Shown here: piece by piece, positions 18,903-28,757 of the stretch | Layout of the letters: each line of letters starts with the position of its first letter | Numbering within the stretch: the stretch's first letter is position 1 | Virus record (IMG/VR): IMGVR_UViG_3300033069_001711 | Coordinates: 13,946 to 77,945 of that record | Source: a virus | Lineage: Duplodnaviria > Caudoviricetes | Direction: 5' to 3' (one strand) | Length of the DNA stretch: 64,000 nt | Translations under genes and position numbers: made by a program | The notes under the pieces: generated by a model | What the model saw: only the letters and a program-made list of their open reading frames with translations | What the model was told of the DNA's origin: nothing | The model's database searches: none

Positions 18903-19135
18903 AAAGATTCTATCTACAACGTAACCAAGACGCATCAGGCGTCTCTGGTTTGGGCAAGGTTGCCGAAGGTTGTCAATTTGATACAGGGTGGTGCGCACTA
19001 GTTTGGCTGACCAAAGCGTCATCAATGTGCTACTATCCTAATATCGACACTCTCGAATCAATCCATGGACACCAAGGAATGACACAAGTCATTTGGGTGG
19101 ATGATGAATCATCAAATTTCGTGGTTAACGGATGA
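18899..19135 (+). CDS. conserved hypothetical phage protein
   Basis: RFYLQRNQDASGVSGLGKVAEGCQF..G...W...HGHQGMT motif, which I recall from small phage proteins. Confidence 0.7.
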   Translation: MKRFYLQRNQDASGVSGLGKVAEGCQFDTGWCALVWLTKASSMCYYPNIDTLESIHGHQGMTQVIWVDDESSNFVVNG

Positions 19136-19139
19136 CAAC

Positions 19140-19886
19140 ATGAAAAAGATTATCGCAACTTTCGCAATATGTTTACTTGCATTTTCCTGTGGCGACGCGG
19201 ACGATCAAACAAACAAACCTGATTCTGGAACACCTGACTCAGGTAAGATTAGTGATAGTGGACCTAAAAAACCAGTCAGTCACGCTTGGGGAAATTATCA
19301 CTGGGGAATTGGTGGACCAACTGAGGTCACTCTGTCACAGAACCTGTCTCCAATTTGGCAATCTTACTTAACATCTGCATCAATCGATTGGTCAAGATCA
19401 AGAGTGATCAACACCTCAATCATTCCAGGAACCGTAGACGTTCAAACATGTCCACCGGCGGCGGGAACTGTTGAAGTTTGTAATGCAAAATATGGTGAAA
19501 ATGGTTGGTTGGGCATGGCAAATGTCTGGTTTGATGATGTTGGTCAAATCACTCAAGCAACTGTGACTTTCAACGATACGTATTTTGATAAACCTGACTA
19601 CTCAGGTGCAGATTGGCGAATGTACGTGGCGTGTCATGAGGTTGGTCATGTTTTAGGACTTAATCACCGTGATGAAACGTTCTCAAATCCAAATTTAGGC
19701 TCATGTTTGGATTACACTAATGATCCGGGTGCATTTCCTGCAAACACACATCCCGATGCATTTGATTACGAAGTATTGGAAACGATTTATGATGGCGTGA
19801 CATCAAAAGATACCGTTCCAACTCGAGTTCCAGGCGCCAGAATTGAAGATAGATTTATCACTCGCATTTTCCCTGTAATGCGCTAA
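19140..19886 (+). CDS. lipoprotein metzincin (matrixin/M10-like) zinc protease
   Basis: Lipoprotein signal MKKIIATFAICLLAFSC; HEVGHVLGLNH is the HExxHxxGxxH motif; PDSG repeats after the lipobox. Confidence 0.85.
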   Translation: MKKIIATFAICLLAFSCGDADDQTNKPDSGTPDSGKISDSGPKKPVSHAWGNYHWGIGGPTEVTLSQNLSPIWQSYLTSASIDWSRSRVINTSIIPGTVDVQTCPPAAGTVEVCNAKYGENGWLGMANVWFDDVGQITQATVTFNDTYFDKPDYSGADWRMYVACHEVGHVLGLNHRDETFSNPNLGSCLDYTNDPGAFPANTHPDAFDYEVLETIYDGVTSKDTVPTRVPGARIEDRFITRIFPVMR

Positions 19887-19921
19887 TGCAAAGGTTGGTC
19901 AATTAGTGATATGATGAGACT

Positions 19922-20854
19922 ATGAAAGTCTACGTCAATCGTTCTCCTGTTTCTGGACCTTGGGGCGGGGGAAATTTGTTTATTAAAGCTTTCCACGAAT
20001 TTTCTTCTCGTAAAGGAATTGAACTTCTGGCGGGATCTCAGACCATCAACATGGTGCCAGATGTCATGCTTCTCGTGGGTCTAGAAAATCAAAGTCCTGC
20101 TGAAATTAGCGTTGAGCAAGCTATCATGTACAAAGCGTACATGAAACCTGATTGCAAACTTGTATTACGCGTCAATGAAAATGATGCTCGCAAGGGAACC
20201 AATCATATGGACTCAATGTTGTTGAAGATGTCAGAACACATCGATGCCACTGTTTTTGTGTCTAAGTGGTTACAGGACTACTTCAATGAAAAAGGTTGGG
20301 CGTGTAAAAATCAAACTGTCATCTACAATGGTGTTGACAGGGGAATCTTTCAATGTCAACCAAAACTCGACAATGGCAAACTCAATATTGTCGCTCATCA
20401 TTGGAGTGATAATCGTATGAAGGGCGCAGATATTTATGAAAAGCTTGATGAGTTCGTTGGAGTTAACTCTGACAAATTCACGTTCACATATATTGGCCGT
20501 CACCAGTGCAACTTCAAGCACACACAGGTCATTCAGCCACTTAGTGGAAAGAGCCTAGGCAAAGAATTAGGCAAATATGATCTATATGTTTCTGCCTCAC
20601 GGTGGGATCCTGGGCCTAATCATGTTCTCGAAGCGTTAGCATGTGATATGCCGACATGGGTTCACAAAGATGGCGGGGGAGCTGTAGAATTTGCAGGCTA
20701 CGCTCATGCATATGGTGACTGGGAACAACTCAAAGACATCCTAGAATCTCCTCCTTACCATGGAAATGTCCAATCTCGCACCCTTCTAACATGGCAAACG
20801 TGCGTCGATGAGTATAATGCATTTTTAGAGGCAACATGGAAGGCAAACACATAA
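19922..20854 (+). CDS. glycosyltransferase family 4 (GT-B)
   Basis: PWGGGNLF, VFVSKWL, IYNGVD and YVSASRWDPGPNHVLEALACDMP. Confidence 0.88.
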   Translation: MKVYVNRSPVSGPWGGGNLFIKAFHEFSSRKGIELLAGSQTINMVPDVMLLVGLENQSPAEISVEQAIMYKAYMKPDCKLVLRVNENDARKGTNHMDSMLLKMSEHIDATVFVSKWLQDYFNEKGWACKNQTVIYNGVDRGIFQCQPKLDNGKLNIVAHHWSDNRMKGADIYEKLDEFVGVNSDKFTFTYIGRHQCNFKHTQVIQPLSGKSLGKELGKYDLYVSASRWDPGPNHVLEALACDMPTWVHKDGGGAVEFAGYAHAYGDWEQLKDILESPPYHGNVQSRTLLTWQTCVDEYNAFLEATWKANT

Positions 20855-21225
20855 GATTCACTCAATTGTTGGAGACGCATTTAAACTCCGCTATTCAAAA
20901 AGAGTTCAATGGTCGTTCAGAATTGACAACCAACGTTCTTAGAGAGGTTAGAGACACTCTCAAAGAAAAAATCACATCTGTTTTTACACGCAGTCAAAAA
21001 CATAAACTTACACATGACTCAATTGGTTGGTTGACTAATCAGTATTTCAAGTCAATCAAGGTCGCTGATGATGTTCATGTCTCTGATTTAGTCGTGATCA
21101 ACGAATATAACCTGTCCGATCTGCCATACCATGACATTGAAATGCTGCATAATCTCTATTCAGATTCTAAAGCTCCATGGGTGACGGAACTTCGGGAAGA
21201 ATTCAAGAAAAGGATGACATCATGA
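20836..21225 (+). CDS. hypothetical protein (paralog of the next gene)
   Basis: 129-aa helical ORF; shares motifs with 21222..21596. Confidence 0.75.
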   Translation: MEGKHIRFTQLLETHLNSAIQKEFNGRSELTTNVLREVRDTLKEKITSVFTRSQKHKLTHDSIGWLTNQYFKSIKVADDVHVSDLVVINEYNLSDLPYHDIEMLHNLYSDSKAPWVTELREEFKKRMTS

Positions 21226-21596
21226 AATTGAAACCCGGAGCATTTCACGAGACAATCAGTAAATTGTTGAACGCTAAGCTACAGCCGTTGGTAACGGCGG
21301 AGCGTGATTTGAATTTGGTTGCATGTACCGAGATCTATACAACCATTTTTGAAACCCTGGTAGAGTGCATCAGCGAAGTAGAAATGCCTATCACTAACGA
21401 AGGAATGAACTACCTTGCTCAACAGTACTATGATGGTGTTCTTGTCAATGGAAAACAGGAACTAGATCCAGAAATTTTTACCAATCGTGCTAAAGTCGAA
21501 AACATCGAAACCAAAGAACTAGCGTTGCTTGCGGTTATGTTGAATGGCACTGATTTTGCAAAACCTATTCTGTACGAGATTAAACGTCGTGCCTAA
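21222..21596 (+). CDS. hypothetical protein (paralog of the previous gene)
   Basis: ATGA overlap at 21222; ITNEGMNYLAQQYY corresponds to LTHDSIGWLTNQYF. Confidence 0.75.
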   Translation: MKLKPGAFHETISKLLNAKLQPLVTAERDLNLVACTEIYTTIFETLVECISEVEMPITNEGMNYLAQQYYDGVLVNGKQELDPEIFTNRAKVENIETKELALLAVMLNGTDFAKPILYEIKRRA

Positions 21597-22543
21597 TGCG
21601 TATACATTTTGATAATGTCAACTTGAACGCCGGCACTGGGCCAAATACCTTTGCCAATCGGTTGGCTCGACGATTATTTGAGTCAGGTCATGAGGTAGTT
21701 TTTAGCAATGAAAATGCAGATGTTTCTCTGGTTTTCATTGAACGCTCGGGCGCGCCTCTGGCTTCAAAAGTAGTCCAACGACTGGATGGAATTTGGTTTA
21801 AACCTGATGAATTTCACACCAAAAATTTCAACATTCAGTCATTATTTTACGACTGTGATGCTGTTGTTTTTCAGTCAGAGTTCGACAAGTCATTTATCAA
21901 ATACTGGTGGGGGAAAGCTGACAATTACTGGAGGCCTGAGGTAGTGATTGGCAACGGGATTGACTTAAGTCCCGTCAAGGAATTGACCATTCCAGCCTTG
22001 GTCGATCTCCGTGCTCAGTATGAACTGATGTACGTCTGCAGTTCAAATTGGCACCCTCAAAAGCGTCTAAGTGCCAATGTTGAACTCTTCCGACGTCTTC
22101 ATGCTAAGAATCCTAACAGTTGTCTCTTAATTTTGGGTAACAATCCCGACGTTCGAATTGCAAATCCACACGTTTTTTACACAGGTCCAGTCGGTCCGGA
22201 GATTTACAATCAAATTTATTCAGCAGCCAATTGGATGTTACATCTGGCCTGGGCCGACCATTGTCCTAACGTAGTGGTTGAAGCCCTTGCTCAAGGCACG
22301 CCGGTTGTTTGTAGTGACGTGGGTGGTACCAAAGAATTAGTGGGTTCATATGGTGTGGTTCTAAAGGAACAAGCGTACAATTTTGAGTTGACTGATTATG
22401 ATAACCCGCCACCGATTGACATCACACAAGTGTCAGAACTTCCTGATCGAAGTCAATTAGATTACTCATCAATCGCCGACATTGACATCTCTTCTGTCGC
22501 AAAACGCTACATCAAGTTGTTCGAAGAGCTCGTCAGGCAGTAA
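21596..22543 (+). CDS. glycosyltransferase family 4 (GT-B)
   Basis: TGPNTFANRL, VIGNGID and DHCPNVVVEALAQGTPVVCSDVGGTKELVG. Confidence 0.9.
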   Translation: MRIHFDNVNLNAGTGPNTFANRLARRLFESGHEVVFSNENADVSLVFIERSGAPLASKVVQRLDGIWFKPDEFHTKNFNIQSLFYDCDAVVFQSEFDKSFIKYWWGKADNYWRPEVVIGNGIDLSPVKELTIPALVDLRAQYELMYVCSSNWHPQKRLSANVELFRRLHAKNPNSCLLILGNNPDVRIANPHVFYTGPVGPEIYNQIYSAANWMLHLAWADHCPNVVVEALAQGTPVVCSDVGGTKELVGSYGVVLKEQAYNFELTDYDNPPPIDITQVSELPDRSQLDYSSIADIDISSVAKRYIKLFEELVRQ

Positions 22544-22551
22544 GATTACTT

Positions 22552-23286
22552 GTGTACGTTGTCTACGTTCATACCAATCTCAACAACACCAAACGTTACA
22601 TTGGTTGGGCTGCCGTCGAAGAAGGTCAGTCATACTATGATGCTATGATGCGTCGGTGGAAGGATCATTGTTATGATTCCAAGATTGGGTCAAAACGCTT
22701 ATTTCACAATGCTATCAGAAAACACGGCGATGTGAACTGGGAACATGAAGTCTTAGACGTGTTACGAACACTTGATGGTGTCAAACACGCTGAGATTTTG
22801 TGGATTACACAACGTCATTCATATGCATTTGATGAAGGTAATCTCGGTTATAACATGACGAGAGGAGGTGATGGTGTTCATGGGTATGAACACACACTTG
22901 AATCACGTCAGAAGAATAGCTTGTCTCATAAAGGTTTAGTAAAGACAACAATTCATCTTGAAAGGTTGCGTATTTCAAACACTGGGAAAAAGCGTTCCAA
23001 GATGACATGTGAGAACATTGGTGCTTCAAAACGCGGTGTCAAACATCCATTTTACGGTAAGTGTTTAAACAAAGAAATATGCCTTGCAATTAGAGCAGGA
23101 CAGCCCAATCGTCGATGTATCATGCAGTTCACAAAGAATAGTGAATTCATTGAAATACATGCATCGATTGCTGATGCACAACGGAAAACAGGCACACCAG
23201 CAACGAACATTGTAAAATGTTGTCGAGGTCACCTAAAGACTGCAGGAAAGTTCGTATGGCGTTACGTAGAACAGGAGAAAAAGTGA
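22552..23286 (+). mobile_element. free-standing GIY-YIG homing endonuclease with NUMOD3 and NUMOD1/IENR1-like DNA-binding modules
   Basis: YVVYVHTN...KRYIGW, AIRKHG, E..WI, GYNMTRGGDG, HTLESRQKNS, KHPFYGK and QFTKN...SIADAQRKTG...CCRG...AGKFVWRY. Confidence 0.88.
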
Positions 23287-24272
23287 CGAAGAAAGCAGTG
23301 ATCACAGGCGTGACTGGACAAGACGGATCGTACCTTGCTGATTTGCTATTAAGCAAAGGTTACGAGGTTCACGGGTTGGTGCGACAATCCACACAATTCA
23401 CTCCAGATCGTTGGGGGTATTTACGTGATGCTATGCACAGCAGTCATTTTCATGTACATCATGGCGACGTCGCAGACGCTACTGGTATTCGAACGTTGAT
23501 CGAAGAGATACAACCAGACGAGGTTTACAACCTCGCAGCACAAAGCCATGTCGGCCAGTCGTTCGAACAACCAATTAACACTGTCAACGTGACGGCAATT
23601 GGCCCACTGAACATATTAGAGGCGATTAGACGCTCACATTTGAAGATACGCTTCTATGAAGCCAGTTCATCTGAGATGTTTGGAAAAGTGCAAGAAACGC
23701 CCCAGCGTGAGTCAACACCTTTTCATCCACGCTCTCCATACGGGTGTGCCAAAGCTTTTGGTCATTACATCACACAGAACTATCGCGAAGCTTATGGAAT
23801 CTTCGCTTGTAGCGGAATTCTCTTCAATCATGAGAGCGAACGCCGCGGCGAAAGCTTCGTCACGAGGAAGATAACACGGGCAGTAGGTCGTATCAAATAT
23901 GGTCTTCAAAAAGAACTGTTGCTTGGGCCACTGGATATGAAACGTGACTGGGGCTATGCCCCCGATTACGTTGAAGCTATGTGGATGATGTTGCAACAAG
24001 AAGAAGCTCGCGATTACGTCGTCGGAACGGGCGAACATCACACCGTGCAAGAATTCGTCGACACTGCTTTTGAATACGCGGGTTTGAAAGCATCTGACTA
24101 TGTCAAGCTTGATCCCAAACTTGTTCGACCGTCTGAAGTTAACACTTTGCGCGCGGATCCGACACTAGCACATCAGGTATTAGGTTGGCAACCTAAAGTA
24201 GACTTCCACGGCTTAGTGAAGCGAATGGTTGATCATGATGTTGCTCTCGCAGTTAAGGAGAGAATTGATTGA
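23283..24272 (+). CDS. gmd: GDP-mannose 4,6-dehydratase
   Basis: ITGVTGQDGSYLA, PDEVYNLAAQSHV, ASSSEMFG, PRSPYGCAK, ILFNHES and RGESFVTRKIT. The GTG start at 23283 overlaps the upstream TGA. Confidence 0.96.
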   Translation: MTKKAVITGVTGQDGSYLADLLLSKGYEVHGLVRQSTQFTPDRWGYLRDAMHSSHFHVHHGDVADATGIRTLIEEIQPDEVYNLAAQSHVGQSFEQPINTVNVTAIGPLNILEAIRRSHLKIRFYEASSSEMFGKVQETPQRESTPFHPRSPYGCAKAFGHYITQNYREAYGIFACSGILFNHESERRGESFVTRKITRAVGRIKYGLQKELLLGPLDMKRDWGYAPDYVEAMWMMLQQEEARDYVVGTGEHHTVQEFVDTAFEYAGLKASDYVKLDPKLVRPSEVNTLRADPTLAHQVLGWQPKVDFHGLVKRMVDHDVALAVKERID

Positions 24273-25204
24273 AAAAAGTCTTTGTTCTAGCGCCTGGTGA
24301 GAATTGGATTGTCGATCGATTTGTGAAAGAATGGAACGACGATAATTGTGATATCGCTGTAAATCGCCCAGAACAGGCTGACGTCATTTGGTTAATGGCG
24401 GATTGGTGCTGGCAGCAAGTTCCTCGCAACATTCTCTTTGACAAGAAGGTGTTGGTTACGGTGCATCACATCGTACCAGAGAAATTTGGCCCACGTGAAC
24501 GAATGGAATTTGAATATCGTGATCAAATTGTCACTGCGTATCATGTACCTAACAAACATACCGAAGCTTTCATCAAACCTCTGACACAAAAACCAATTCA
24601 CGTTATCAACTACTGGGCCAATCAAAAGATTTGGCGGCGAACTCATGTTGATCATAAAGTCGCAGAGCTTTGGGAAAAATACAAGCTTCCTCGAGGAATG
24701 GGAGCTGAATCTCCCACATATTTCATTGGATCTTTTCAACGTGATACCGAAGGTCATGATCTGATTAGTCCGAAACTCGAAAAAGGTCCGGACTTGTTGG
24801 CTGACGCAATCATTGCTTTTAGAGATCGATGTAAACAGCATTTTCCATTAGAGGTTGTCCTGGCAGGGTGGCGACGACAATACTTGATGAAGCGTCTAGA
24901 GGCTGCAAATATACGGTACCACTACTTCGAGAAACCTTCACAGGAAACCATCAATGACCTGTACCAGGTCCTTAATCTTTATCCTGTGACAGCACGACAA
25001 GAAGGTGGTCCACAATCACTGATCGAGTGTGGTCTCATAGGAGTTCCTGTGGTTTCACGTGACATTGGCGTCGCGAGTATGGTTCTATCGACCGGTGCCA
25101 TCAATGATGATGTTTCAATGGCACGTCCTGAGATTCCAAATGTCGAACACCTGAAGCTCCCTATGGGTTACGAACCATATCGAAGATTGATTGAATCACT
25201 GTGA
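24269..25204 (+). CDS. GT-B (GT4-like) glycosyltransferase
   Basis: GSFQRDTEG...KGPDLL, YPVTARQEGGPQSLIECG...VVSRDIG. Confidence 0.82.
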   Translation: MKKVFVLAPGENWIVDRFVKEWNDDNCDIAVNRPEQADVIWLMADWCWQQVPRNILFDKKVLVTVHHIVPEKFGPRERMEFEYRDQIVTAYHVPNKHTEAFIKPLTQKPIHVINYWANQKIWRRTHVDHKVAELWEKYKLPRGMGAESPTYFIGSFQRDTEGHDLISPKLEKGPDLLADAIIAFRDRCKQHFPLEVVLAGWRRQYLMKRLEAANIRYHYFEKPSQETINDLYQVLNLYPVTARQEGGPQSLIECGLIGVPVVSRDIGVASMVLSTGAINDDVSMARPEIPNVEHLKLPMGYEPYRRLIESL

Positions 25205-26016
25205 AAGAACCTGCAATTCTCCTGGTCACATGTTGTCTCGAACAATCACGTTACGAGTTGGTAAAACAAGTCTTTGACAACATCAAGACGCAATGTCCTC
25301 CAGACTGGAAGTCGAGAATTACTGTTTTTGACAACGCTTCGACTTTCTTGAGTTCAGAAGAAATTCTGAATACAGTCGACAATGTTTATCGATGTGATCG
25401 CAATGTAGGCTATTGGACAGCAATCGATTGGTGGCTTGAAAGTTTGAAATCTGATCCACCAGTGTATACGTACGTTATTGAATCTGACATGATGCACTAT
25501 GGCGCTTATCATCTTGATGAGTGCGTTAAATTCCTAGATCGTCACCCAAATTTAGGTGGCATGCGATTGCATGAATACTCAGTTGAAAATTTTCATCTCT
25601 ACAACAAAGATGAACCTCGACCTGACTCTAAGCGAAATCTTTGGCAATCACACACAAATAAAGTGACCGGTCAAAGCATTAATCTTCAACGTGTTGAAGG
25701 CAGTTTTTGGTCAACAAATTTTTTAACACAGCTGCCTGCGCTCAATCGCTATCAAGCGCTGAAGACAGTTTTCAATCAGTTGCATGATCGCGGACAGTTC
25801 ACTGAACTAGATTTTCAACACGCATACCACGACATGTATCCTAACATTGCAATCCATGACGGTGGCATTTTTAATTGCGATCTGAATCCGTATGGTACGC
25901 CTGGCATCACGGGATCATGGACAAGTGCGCAAGATCTACAAAAGATCGGATATCAAAGCACTCGATTTGCCACGATCGTTCCACGTGACCAGTACATGGT
26001 TACTCGCTTAGTTTAA
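25201..26016 (+). CDS. GT-A (GT2-like) glycosyltransferase-like protein
   Basis: ITVFDNAST, RNVGYWTAI and YVIESDMM (a DXD-like position). Confidence 0.65.
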   Translation: MKEPAILLVTCCLEQSRYELVKQVFDNIKTQCPPDWKSRITVFDNASTFLSSEEILNTVDNVYRCDRNVGYWTAIDWWLESLKSDPPVYTYVIESDMMHYGAYHLDECVKFLDRHPNLGGMRLHEYSVENFHLYNKDEPRPDSKRNLWQSHTNKVTGQSINLQRVEGSFWSTNFLTQLPALNRYQALKTVFNQLHDRGQFTELDFQHAYHDMYPNIAIHDGGIFNCDLNPYGTPGITGSWTSAQDLQKIGYQSTRFATIVPRDQYMVTRLV

Positions 26017-26024
26017 AGTTCAAC

Positions 26025-27071
26025 ATGTCTAAGACTCTCATCATCGGCGGCACTGGATCGCTAGGTCGAAAATTAATCGAACGAATGTTACCTGATGGTG
26101 ATGTCGCTGTTTGTTCTCGAGACGAGGCAAAACATTGGTCTATTCGAAATGAGTTGACTAGTTTTACGGCGGCATGTTTACCACATAAGTTAGAATTCTA
26201 TGTTGGTGACGTAAGAGATCTTTCTCGAATGCGTGACGTCATTCGACAATATCAACCCGATACAGTTATTGTCGCAGCTGCGCTCAAACAAGTTGACACG
26301 TGTGAATTGAGTCCAAGCGAAAGCGTAGCGACTAATCTAATAGGCACTCAAAATGTCGTCGATGCCGTCGTTAGTTTATCACCTGCCATCAATGTTCAAA
26401 GAGTTCTATTTGTCAGTACCGACAAAGCGTGTTCGCCTGTCAACGTTTATGGCATGTGTAAAGCGATCTCTGAACGTATCGTCACCAGTCACTCAAACGT
26501 CTTTCCAAGTACCAAATTTCTAGCTGTTCGTTATGGCAATGTACTTGAATCAAGAGGTAGCATCATTCCACTTTTCAAGTACCAAGCTGAAAATAATGAT
26601 TGTTTGACAGTCACTGATCCAGACATGACGCGCTTTGTCATGACACTTGATGATAGCGTAGATTTGATCAAAAAAACTCTTGAACATGGTAAGTCTGGCG
26701 AAACATGGATTCCGTGTTTACCCGCAATGAAGATCGGTGATCTAGCTCAGATCTTCTCAGAAAAATACAATAAACCTGTCAAAATCATCGGTCTCAGACC
26801 AGGTGAAAAGAAGCACGAAGATCTGATCAATGAATCTGAATCTGTTCGTACTCGAAAAGTGTTATTGATACCGCCTAAAGAAAGTTTAAACTACGTTATC
26901 GGTCCCGCTTTCATAGCTGGCGGCGGCACACGATTTACTTACGCTAGTTCCGACATTGTCATGTCACAAGATGATTTGAAATCTTATCTTGATCGTTTAG
27001 GAATTCTTGAACCTGGACTTGATAAGTTTCAGGGCGCGCCGATCGAAGAAATTATGACAAATAGGAAATGA
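26025..27071 (+). CDS. UDP-GlcNAc 4,6-dehydratase, PseB/CapD (polysaccharide biosynthesis protein) family
   Basis: GGTGSLG, SRDEAK, GDVRD, AAALKQV, STDKACSPVNVYGMCK, VRYGNVLESRGSIIP and GLRPGEKKHE. Confidence 0.92.
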   Translation: MSKTLIIGGTGSLGRKLIERMLPDGDVAVCSRDEAKHWSIRNELTSFTAACLPHKLEFYVGDVRDLSRMRDVIRQYQPDTVIVAAALKQVDTCELSPSESVATNLIGTQNVVDAVVSLSPAINVQRVLFVSTDKACSPVNVYGMCKAISERIVTSHSNVFPSTKFLAVRYGNVLESRGSIIPLFKYQAENNDCLTVTDPDMTRFVMTLDDSVDLIKKTLEHGKSGETWIPCLPAMKIGDLAQIFSEKYNKPVKIIGLRPGEKKHEDLINESESVRTRKVLLIPPKESLNYVIGPAFIAGGGTRFTYASSDIVMSQDDLKSYLDRLGILEPGLDKFQGAPIEEIMTNRK

Positions 27072-27072
27072 C

Positions 27073-28215
27073 ATGAAGAACTATCCACTGTTCAAAGTCA
27101 ACGTCAATTCTGACTTAGCTCTTTCAAAGATTCAAGAGGTCTTTAATTCAGGCTTCATCAATGAAGGTGTTCAAGTTACTCAATTGACAGAGAAGTTGTC
27201 AAAGATCCTTGAAACTAAGCACTTAGCATTGACAAATAGTGGAACAAGCGCTTTGACTTTGGCTCTTAAACTTGCGGGCGTAGGACCGGGAGATGAAGTT
27301 ATTTCTACGCCAATGACATGCGTGGCGTCGAATACGCCCATTGTCAATCTTGGAGCACACGTAGTTTGGGCAGACATCGATCCTGTTCATGGCATGATAG
27401 ACCCGCACTCTATCATGAAAAAAGTCACTCACAAGACAAAGGCTGTGATGGCCGTTGCATGGGCTGGCACGCCTCCAGACCTATTCATGTTGCAAAAATT
27501 CTGTCAAGATCTAAAGATCAAATTGATTCTTGATGCCGCCCACGCGTTTGGTGCACGATATCAAAACAAGCCTATTCATGAATGGGCAGACTTTACTTGT
27601 TACAGCTTTCAAGCAATCAAACACTTCACTACTGGAGATGGCGGCGCGCTGATTAGCAAATCATCATCTGATTATTCGCGCTCCAAGTCATTGAAGTGGT
27701 TTGGTCTAGATCGTGATAAAGCCAAGGACGAAAAGGGGGATTGGAAAGGTCAACAGTGGGACGTCGATGTTGAAGAAGCCGGCTACAAGTTCAATATGAA
27801 TAATGTTTCTGCCGCTATTGGTCTCTCGCAAGTTCCATTCATTGATCGCACCATCGCGGCGCATCGCGCCAATGCTGAACTTTACGATCAGATGTTTAGT
27901 GATTGCGAGACTGTAAAACCGACGTCACGTCCTGTTGGTGCAGAATCTAGTTTTTGGGTTTACACCATGAAAATTGATCCTGCAAAATCATCCATCTCTC
28001 GCGATGAGCTGCTTCGTGTATTGAACGCTGAAGGAATCATGGCTGGGGTCGTGCATGTACCGAATGACGCATACACTGCCTTCAAGTCTTCACAAACAGA
28101 TTTACCTGGCGTCCGCGAATTCAGCGACAATCAATTTTCATTGCCTTGCGGGTGGTGGTTGGAGAACGAAGATCTTGAACACATCGCTAAACGCGTCAAG
28201 GAATTGACAAAGTGA
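27073..28215 (+). CDS. DegT/DnrJ/EryC1/StrS PLP-dependent sugar aminotransferase
   Basis: NSGTSALTLAL, GDEVISTPMT, DAAHAFGA, YSFQAIKHFTTGDGG and GYKFNMNNVSAAIGL. Confidence 0.95.
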   Translation: MKNYPLFKVNVNSDLALSKIQEVFNSGFINEGVQVTQLTEKLSKILETKHLALTNSGTSALTLALKLAGVGPGDEVISTPMTCVASNTPIVNLGAHVVWADIDPVHGMIDPHSIMKKVTHKTKAVMAVAWAGTPPDLFMLQKFCQDLKIKLILDAAHAFGARYQNKPIHEWADFTCYSFQAIKHFTTGDGGALISKSSSDYSRSKSLKWFGLDRDKAKDEKGDWKGQQWDVDVEEAGYKFNMNNVSAAIGLSQVPFIDRTIAAHRANAELYDQMFSDCETVKPTSRPVGAESSFWVYTMKIDPAKSSISRDELLRVLNAEGIMAGVVHVPNDAYTAFKSSQTDLPGVREFSDNQFSLPCGWWLENEDLEHIAKRVKELTK

Positions 28216-28757
28216 TCGTCAAACGTGCAGTAAATCCAGTTCTTTTCAAACTTCGTCCTGTCACGGATGATGATCACAAGTTTCTTGTGGAACTTCACAA
28301 TGATCCAGTTGTCTTGAAGAACATGACACACGCAGAACCCATCACAATGGACTCACACTTGGCGTGGTGGAACAAAATCAAGAATAATCATAATCAACTA
28401 CGTCTGATCTTTGAAGTTGGCGATAAACCCGCGGGCTTCACCAAGTTTTACGACGTCGATTCTGGTAATCGAAACTGTGTCTTGGGTGCCGACATTCATA
28501 ATGATTTTCGAGGTAAAGGTTACGCTCGATTGATGTGGACGTTGATGTTGCGTCGATGTTTTGATGACATGCGCCTACACCGCGTCAGCTTGACGACCGC
28601 TGTCTACAATGAAGTTGGACATCACATCTATGAATCGTTGGGATTCAAAGAAGAAGGTCGATTGACACAATCATTATGGCGTGACGGGACGTATCACGAT
28701 CAGATCATTATGTACATGTTGAAATCGACATGGGAATCGATGAGTGAGCAGACATGA
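28212..28757 (+). CDS. GNAT (RimL/PseH-like) N-acetyltransferase
   Basis: FRGKGYAR acetyl-CoA loop; LHRVSLT...N...IYESLGFKEEGRL. Confidence 0.88.
   Translation: MIVKRAVNPVLFKLRPVTDDDHKFLVELHNDPVVLKNMTHAEPITMDSHLAWWNKIKNNHNQLRLIFEVGDKPAGFTKFYDVDSGNRNCVLGADIHNDFRGKGYARLMWTLMLRRCFDDMRLHRVSLTTAVYNEVGHHIYESLGFKEEGRLTQSLWRDGTYHDQIIMYMLKSTWESMSEQT

Noticed and set aside
23217-23282. N-terminal extension of gmd in the ORF track
   Set aside because: It lies within the endonuclease gene. The Gmd Rossmann motif begins right after the GTG at 23283.
26025-28757. Calling this a complete pseudaminic/legionaminic acid pathway
   Set aside because: No PseG hydrolase, PseI/NeuB synthase or PseF/NeuA cytidylyltransferase is visible, so only the first three steps are supported.
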